A program made the position numbers and the translations under genes. The notes beneath the pieces are model-generated. The model made no database searches. It was given only the letters and a program-made list of their open reading frames with translations, and had not been told where the DNA came from. From Paenibacillus silvisoli (GTDB lineage Bacteria; Bacillota; Bacilli; Paenibacillales; Paenibacillaceae), in assembly GCF_030866765.1 (NCBI RefSeq), contig NZ_CP133017.1, positions 973,091 through 1,037,090 on the forward strand: a stretch of 64,000 nt of DNA. Reading direction: 5' to 3'. Shown piece after piece: positions 58,489 to 64,000 of the stretch (its first letter is position 1; every line of letters starts with the position of its first letter).

Positions 58489-60678
58489 ATGCAAATGATG
58501 GCAGATGCGCTTACGGTATTGGGGTCGCGAATCGGGATCGGCTGGGATCCGGGAAGGCGCAGAGCTACGCTTATCCGGCACGGGCACCATCCGGGGCTCC
58601 CGCTGCAGCTTAGCGTAGGCGTAAACTACGAGGATGGCAGGACGGTTGTGCTGCCGCTCTGCGCGGACGGCGAGTCGTTCCCGTTCATCGATCAAGAAAT
58701 GACGGCGTGCTCGATGTCGTTAAGCGGTATCGATCCGTCGACGGGGATACATGTGAAGCTAATTGTGCGCATCCCATTCAGGCCTCGTGACGCCGTGTTC
58801 AGTACGACGCCTGTCGTTTTGCTTGATGTGGAGCTGAAGCGGCTGGAGGCGGATTTTCGCTGGCAGGGGCAGGCGCAAGGCGATGTGAAGGGGACGCTGT
58901 TTCTGGGCATCACCGCCGTCCCAGCTGAAGGTTTCGCGCCTGAGCCGAACGGGAATCGGATCGATATCCAATATGCATCTCCAGTCGCGCGGCCAAAAGA
59001 ATCCAGCGGTCCGAGAGAGCTGGCCTGTCGAGATAGGCTTGTCCTGGAGGGCGCAGCCTGGAACTCGAATACAGGCAGAGCGGAGAGTCCATTCACGCTC
59101 GGCAAAGGAGAGCGTGGAACGCGCCTGTCGGTCGCATGGTGCGTCTACGATGCGCCGGTCACGCATGTGTTGGGCAGCCTATGCCCATTCAAATATACAG
59201 AGCGGTTCGGAAGCTTGGAAGAAGTCGCGGACTGGGCGGAGCACCATGCGGATGAGATCCGGCTGAACGCGGAGCGGGTGGACGGGATTTTGTCCCGGCA
59301 TACGCTGGGCACGGCCGTTACGCATCTCATGGCGCAGACGCTTCATTCCTGGCTGCTGAACACGTGGTGGACGGTGCGGCCTGACGGGCAGGATTGGTTC
59401 ACGGTGTGGGAAGGCATCTGTCAGTTAAACTCAACGCTGGACGTCGAATATACGCAGGCGCCGTTTTATTTGGCCGTTTGGCCGGAGCTGCTGGAGATTC
59501 AACTGCGGCAGTGGCCGTTCTTTGCCAAGTATGGCACGATCACGCTTGGCGACCGGGGAACCGGCACGCTCTTCATGTCCCACGATGTCGGCAGGCTGAC
59601 GGACTGCGATCACGCGGATTATCCGCACGAGATGGAGGTCGAGGAGACCGCGAACTACGTGCTGCTTGCCTACACGCACTGGCGAAGAACGGGGAAGGAC
59701 GCCGTCATTCGGGAGCAGGAGGCGCTTATTCGCAAGCTGCTCGGGTTTATCGTAATGGCCGATTCCACGGGCAACGGCATTCCGGATCGCGGCTGCGCGA
59801 ACACGCTGGATGATGCTTCGCCCGCGGTGCAGTATGCGTCCGAGCAGGTTTATCTAGGCGTGAAGGCTATGGCGGCCTGCAAGGCGGGGATCGAGATTTT
59901 GAAGCATATCGAGGCAGCCGGTGCCGGAAGGCGAGAAAGCAGCATGATCTTTTCCCAGACAGCAGCTTTGGAAGCGTTCGTCGAACAGGCCTGCCGTACG
60001 CTGGAGGAGCGGGGCTGGCTGGAGGATCACTATGTAGTCACGCTAACGCGAACGATGGACGGCTTGACCGATCCGTGGACCGGGGAGAAGAAGAGCGGTG
60101 AGTTGGCAGGCTGGAACGCCTATCACATCTACACGCAGAACGGTCTGGCGCTGCTCGACATGACCGGCTTCGAAGCGGGCTTGTCGCCTGATCGGCTGGC
60201 GCAGGATTTGCGCAGCGCGATGCAGCATACGGCAGGCCGCTATGGCTGCCGTCATACGAGCGCGGTAAACAGCGCCGACTCGGAAAGCAAGACCGTAGCC
60301 GGCTTGATGTCGAGCTCCAAGCGGGTGGGTTGGATCTCCATGAACATGCTCCGGGATATCGCGGCCGCTTACCGGGGCATCGATTTTCTGCACGAGGCGC
60401 AGCGGTATTGGGATTGGCAGCAGACGGTCAATTCGCAGGGCATGTATTTGTTCCACGAAACCTTCTATGGCAACCATCTGCACTTCTACCCTCGGGGAAT
60501 CGCGATATTCGGGTATTTCGACGCGGCGGCGGGCTTTGTCTATGATGCGGTGAGCGGAACGAGAACCTTCTCTCCGGTGAGGAGTTCGCTTGCCGTGCCG
60601 ATTCTGCTGGAGGCGAACTGGTCGGAAGGCACATGCTTGATCTACGAAGCGGCGCGGAAGGAGGAGGGCGTAAGATGA
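58489..60678 (+). CDS. Putative glycoside hydrolase (possibly GH52-like beta-xylosidase fold)
   Basis: ~730 aa cytoplasmic protein. N-terminal HGHHPGLPLQLSVG and C-terminal FYPRGIAIF blocks are reminiscent of GH52; the family assignment is tentative. ATG at 58489 preferred by RBS. Confidence 0.4.
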   Translation: MQMMADALTVLGSRIGIGWDPGRRRATLIRHGHHPGLPLQLSVGVNYEDGRTVVLPLCADGESFPFIDQEMTACSMSLSGIDPSTGIHVKLIVRIPFRPRDAVFSTTPVVLLDVELKRLEADFRWQGQAQGDVKGTLFLGITAVPAEGFAPEPNGNRIDIQYASPVARPKESSGPRELACRDRLVLEGAAWNSNTGRAESPFTLGKGERGTRLSVAWCVYDAPVTHVLGSLCPFKYTERFGSLEEVADWAEHHADEIRLNAERVDGILSRHTLGTAVTHLMAQTLHSWLLNTWWTVRPDGQDWFTVWEGICQLNSTLDVEYTQAPFYLAVWPELLEIQLRQWPFFAKYGTITLGDRGTGTLFMSHDVGRLTDCDHADYPHEMEVEETANYVLLAYTHWRRTGKDAVIREQEALIRKLLGFIVMADSTGNGIPDRGCANTLDDASPAVQYASEQVYLGVKAMAACKAGIEILKHIEAAGAGRRESSMIFSQTAALEAFVEQACRTLEERGWLEDHYVVTLTRTMDGLTDPWTGEKKSGELAGWNAYHIYTQNGLALLDMTGFEAGLSPDRLAQDLRSAMQHTAGRYGCRHTSAVNSADSESKTVAGLMSSSKRVGWISMNMLRDIAAAYRGIDFLHEAQRYWDWQQTVNSQGMYLFHETFYGNHLHFYPRGIAIFGYFDAAAGFVYDAVSGTRTFSPVRSSLAVPILLEANWSEGTCLIYEAARKEEGVR

Positions 60679-62942
60679 CGGATCGACGCAAAATCGAGTG
60701 GGATCTCAACACCGGCTACTGTCACCACGGCATCCCGTTGTCGAACGGCGTGCTGGGGGCGCTGATCTGGTTTCAGCCGGATCGCATCCTGCTGACGATC
60801 AACCGAGCGGATTATTGGGATCGCCGCGGCGCGACGCAGCTGACGGAGGCTTGCAACTATGAAACGATCAAGGGTCTCCTGCTGGAAGGCAAGTTCGAGG
60901 AGATTCGCGACTTCTTCAAGCCGTACGAGGTAGGCGGCTATCCCGTCACCCCGGCCCGCTTGCCGATGGGCAGGTTCGAGTTCGTACTGAACCAGGGAGT
61001 CAGCATCAGCAGTGCATGGCTGGACCTCGTGCAAGGGGAAGCCGTCATCGAGCTGTCCAATAAGCAAAAGGAGAAATCGACGGTTCGCTTTGCCATCGCG
61101 ATGGAGCGGGACGCAGTGGCCGTACAAGACGAGCCCGCCTCCGGACTATTCGCCGAGGTCATTGCAAAGCCTGCGGACAGCTTCCCTCGCGTGCAGGAAT
61201 ACTACTATACGCGTGGCTTCGAACCGTCTACGGCCATCGACGAAGAGGAGACGCAAGGCTGGGTGCAGCCGCTCCCGGCCGATCCGGCCGCCGCAGTCGC
61301 GTGCAGCCGCACGCAGAACGGCTTCGCGATTACGGCCGTCTACGGCCCAACTGCTGACGAAGCGGTCGCATCCGCACTTCAAGAGCTGGCGGATTGCCGA
61401 CAGGCTGCGTACTGCCAGCTCACCGAGCAGGCCAAAACCCGCTGGAACGAGCTGTGGGAACGTTCGCCGAAAGTGGGACTGCCCGGCACGGATTTGGAGC
61501 AGCTCTACGATATGGGCATCTACCGGATGCTCGGCAACTGCATGCCCGGCAAGCTTGGCCCGACGCTGCAAGGACCTTGGGGCGAAGAGCATCGGATGAT
61601 CCCGTGGGGCGGCGACTACCATTTCAACATCAACGTCCAGCTGATGCTGATGCCGGCTTATGCGGCGAACCATACCGACAGCGTAACCAATCTGTTCCGC
61701 ATGCTGGACGAATGGAAGCCGCTGCTCGCGGAGCGTGCCGCCAAGTTCGTCGGCATCGACGACGGCTACATGCTGTCCCACGCGACCGACGACCGCGGGC
61801 AGTCCATCGGAGGCATGTGGACAGGCGTCATCGACCACGCCAATACGTCTTGGGTCGCGCAAATGATGTGGCAATATTACCGCTACACGCTGGACGAGGA
61901 GTTCCTCCTGCAGGAGGCGTACCCTTTCATGAAGCGCGCGTTGAATGTGTTCATTCAGATGCTGGAGCCTGACGGCGAGCGTTATAAGCTGCCGGTCTCC
62001 GTGTCGCCCGAATACGGCGGGGACGGAGCCAACGCGCTGGGCGCGAACTCGACGTTCTTCCTCGTCAATTTCCACTTCCTCTGCGAGAAAATCATCCGCG
62101 TCTACGAACAGTTCGGCGTAGACCCGGAGTACGCGGCGGCAACGCGCAAGTGGAAGCAGCTTGTACCGGAATATACGACAGGAGCATGGGGCGGGCTGGA
62201 GTACGAGCCGCGCAATCCCGTCTGCAACGAGGAGCTCTACCTGTGGGAGGGCCAGCCCCTCGCGGTCAGCCATCGCCACCACTCCCATCTGGCCGGGATC
62301 TTCCCGTTCGATATGATGGATCTGGAAACGGAGAACGAGCGCGAAATCGTCCGCAACAGCTACCGGACCTGGGTAGACAAAGGCATGGGGCGCTGGGCGG
62401 GATGGTCCTTCCCGTGGGCCTCGATTCTGAACACGCGGCTCGGCAAGAAGGAAATGGCGCTTCACTGTTTGCAGCTGCTGCGCTCATCCTTCACGATGCG
62501 CGGATACGCGACGCGGCATAACAGCTTGTACGAAGGCTTGACCTACTTCCACAGCGGCGACATTATGCAGCTCGACGCGGGCATCGCCGCCTCCGCCGCG
62601 GTACTGGAAATGCTCGTGCATAGCAGACGGGAAACGCTCCACGTGTTTCCGGGTCTGCCCGACTCCGTCGCAGATGCCGTTTTCTATGGCGTCCGCGCCG
62701 AAGGCGCCTTCCTCGTCTCCGGCCGGAAGTCGGACGGGCAAATCGACTACATCCGCATTCAGAGCGAGAAAGGCGCCCGGCTCCGACTGGCCAACCCGTT
62801 CCCGAACGAAGCCGCGATCCTCGAAGCCGAGGACGGCACGTGCAGCGAACACTACGGACCGCTGATCGAGCTGCCGACGACCATTGGCCAAACGATAACG
62901 CTGCTGCCGGGCAGACCGAAAGAGGCCGGCGCCGTTATCTAA
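60675..62942 (+). CDS. Glycoside hydrolase, GH95-like (N-terminal GH65N_2-type beta-sandwich plus six-hairpin domain)
   Basis: N-terminal IPLSNGVLGALIWFQPDRILLTINRADYWDRRG matches the GH95 N-terminal signature (PIGNGRLGAMVFG...LNEDTLW). ATGA overlap with the upstream gene. GGAGG RBS. Confidence 0.5.
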   Translation: MTDRRKIEWDLNTGYCHHGIPLSNGVLGALIWFQPDRILLTINRADYWDRRGATQLTEACNYETIKGLLLEGKFEEIRDFFKPYEVGGYPVTPARLPMGRFEFVLNQGVSISSAWLDLVQGEAVIELSNKQKEKSTVRFAIAMERDAVAVQDEPASGLFAEVIAKPADSFPRVQEYYYTRGFEPSTAIDEEETQGWVQPLPADPAAAVACSRTQNGFAITAVYGPTADEAVASALQELADCRQAAYCQLTEQAKTRWNELWERSPKVGLPGTDLEQLYDMGIYRMLGNCMPGKLGPTLQGPWGEEHRMIPWGGDYHFNINVQLMLMPAYAANHTDSVTNLFRMLDEWKPLLAERAAKFVGIDDGYMLSHATDDRGQSIGGMWTGVIDHANTSWVAQMMWQYYRYTLDEEFLLQEAYPFMKRALNVFIQMLEPDGERYKLPVSVSPEYGGDGANALGANSTFFLVNFHFLCEKIIRVYEQFGVDPEYAAATRKWKQLVPEYTTGAWGGLEYEPRNPVCNEELYLWEGQPLAVSHRHHSHLAGIFPFDMMDLETENEREIVRNSYRTWVDKGMGRWAGWSFPWASILNTRLGKKEMALHCLQLLRSSFTMRGYATRHNSLYEGLTYFHSGDIMQLDAGIAASAAVLEMLVHSRRETLHVFPGLPDSVADAVFYGVRAEGAFLVSGRKSDGQIDYIRIQSEKGARLRLANPFPNEAAILEAEDGTCSEHYGPLIELPTTIGQTITLLPGRPKEAGAVI

Positions 62943-62960
62943 CCCAAACTAATCCATAAA

Positions 62961-62998
62961 TAGGCTCCCGCCGCCAATGGCGGGGGCCTATTTGCCGT
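62961..62998 (+). terminator. Terminator after the GH95-like gene
   Basis: aggctcccgccgcc-aatg-gcgggggcct followed by ATTTG. Confidence 0.65.
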
Positions 62999-63111
62999 GA
63001 AAGTCCGCTTTTCGCAGTCGAGGCGAATATTGACAGTAGGCACCAAACGGCAAGTTTTTTATAATACCAGAATAGTGCTTCTAAGTATGAACTAGCTGGG
63101 AGGGGTCCTGG

Positions 63112-64000
63112 ATGTCCGCGCTTCGCATTTTCCGTTCGCGCAAATATTTGCAGCGGATCTTGATCTACATATGCCTGGCCATGGTTTTGCTCGTCGGCGT
63201 CTCCTCGTATACGGTCTACTACAATGCGGAGAACACCGTGTTAAATATGCAGTACGAGGCGAACCAGAAGGTACTCAGCCAGATGAATTACAACATCTCC
63301 TATATGAACGAAATGATCAAGACGATGGCCACCTCCGTCTTCTTCGACACGGACATGGTGCCGATGATGTACGGCGTCGAAGGGGCCGACTATTTCGACA
63401 TGAACCGGGGCTTCTCCAAAATCAACACCGCCGTCGGCACCAGCTCCTTCCTGGATTCCATCGTCGTGTACAACGGCATGAGCGATAAGTTCTACTCCAC
63501 GGCGAACATGCCCGTGCTGAGCGATCGGATGTATGCCGGCCTGCGGCAGGTGCTGGAGGGGGATAAGCCGGTTCCGAAAATGAAGCTGATCCCGATGAGC
63601 CTGCAAGGAAACGGCGTGGAGTTTTTCTCCTTCATCGTCTATGAATCGTTGGGCGATTACAAGCAAGGGGACAGCGCGCTCATCTTGAACATTAAGTCCA
63701 AGTGGCTGTTCGATAACGTCAAGCTGATCAACAAGCTGGAGATCCCGGATCACAGCGGCATTTATTTGATGGACGCGGCCGGTACGATCCTGAACCCTGA
63801 GCCTTCCGCGGATCTCCAGGCCGAGGAGCTGAAGCCGCTGCTGGCCGGCCATATCAAAGCTTCGAACCAAGAGGCGGCTTACTTCACGGCCAGCTCGGGC
63901 GGCGATAAATATGTGGTGACCTATATGCAAACGGACGTCAACGGCTGGAAAATCGTCACGGTAAAGCCCTTCAACAGCATTCTCGGCTTCGTTACCGAAT
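63112..64000 (+). CDS. Sensor histidine kinase, YesM-like (N-terminal TM plus extracytoplasmic sensor domain), 3'-truncated by the window end
   Basis: ATG at 63112 behind GGGAGGGG. MSALRIFRSRKYLQRILIYICLAMVLLVGVSSYTV TM anchor, then a long periplasmic-type domain with no stop before the window end. Not in the ORF track because no in-window stop. The track ORFs 63171..63488 and 63241..63930 are alternative-frame artefacts. Confidence 0.6.
   Translation, partial: MSALRIFRSRKYLQRILIYICLAMVLLVGVSSYTVYYNAENTVLNMQYEANQKVLSQMNYNISYMNEMIKTMATSVFFDTDMVPMMYGVEGADYFDMNRGFSKINTAVGTSSFLDSIVVYNGMSDKFYSTANMPVLSDRMYAGLRQVLEGDKPVPKMKLIPMSLQGNGVEFFSFIVYESLGDYKQGDSALILNIKSKWLFDNVKLINKLEIPDHSGIYLMDAAGTILNPEPSADLQAEELKPLLAGHIKASNQEAAYFTASSGGDKYVVTYMQTDVNGWKIVTVKPFNSILGFVTE

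Noticed and set aside
63171-63930. ORF-track entries 63171..63488 (+) and 63241..63930 (-)
   Set aside because: Both overlap a longer open frame starting at ATG 63112 with a good RBS, which encodes a TM-anchored YesM-like sensor kinase N-terminus running off the window end. The track entries are alternative-frame artefacts.

Overview
This 64 kb window from a high-GC Firmicute (Paenibacillus-like: SLH-domain surface proteins, GerA-type germination operon, pur operon) is mostly core chromosome in B. subtilis-like order: purH-purD, a DUF3048/YerB lipoprotein, YerC, DagK, RlmCD. Immediately downstream of rlmCD a ~13 kb low-GC island (about 21.4-34.65 kb) is inserted. It carries an orphan Vsr endonuclease, a McrBC-like pair with unusually long subunits (DUF3578-AAA GTPase plus DUF2357/PD-(D/E)xK partner) behind a near-consensus LexA/Cheo box, a NERD-HRDC nuclease-like protein, two tandem WYL-domain regulators, and a divergently transcribed three-gene operon encoding an SPFH/band-7 protein, an RlaP-like Pol-beta nucleotidyltransferase and an RtcB RNA ligase. 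The 537-bp leader between the WYL genes and the RtcB operon contains a tRNA-like T-arm with a canonical T-loop, which may be a Y-RNA-like tRNA mimic or a tRNA remnant. I consider this SPFH-NTase-RtcB plus WYL plus tRNA-like-RNA locus the most interesting candidate for an uncharacterised RNA-repair or defence system. The rest of the window holds a Hep_Hag/YadA-head-like 14-residue-repeat protein, a 1.4k-aa LTD/SLH surface protein, an FAD oxidase, a gerA-type ACB operon, YciI, a 3.4k-aa SLH giant with 20 x 288-bp and 4 x 270-bp near-identical tandem repeats, and a glycan-utilisation cluster (GH52-like, GH95-like, partial YesM-like kinase). The high GC produces many spurious antisense ORFs in the six-frame track.
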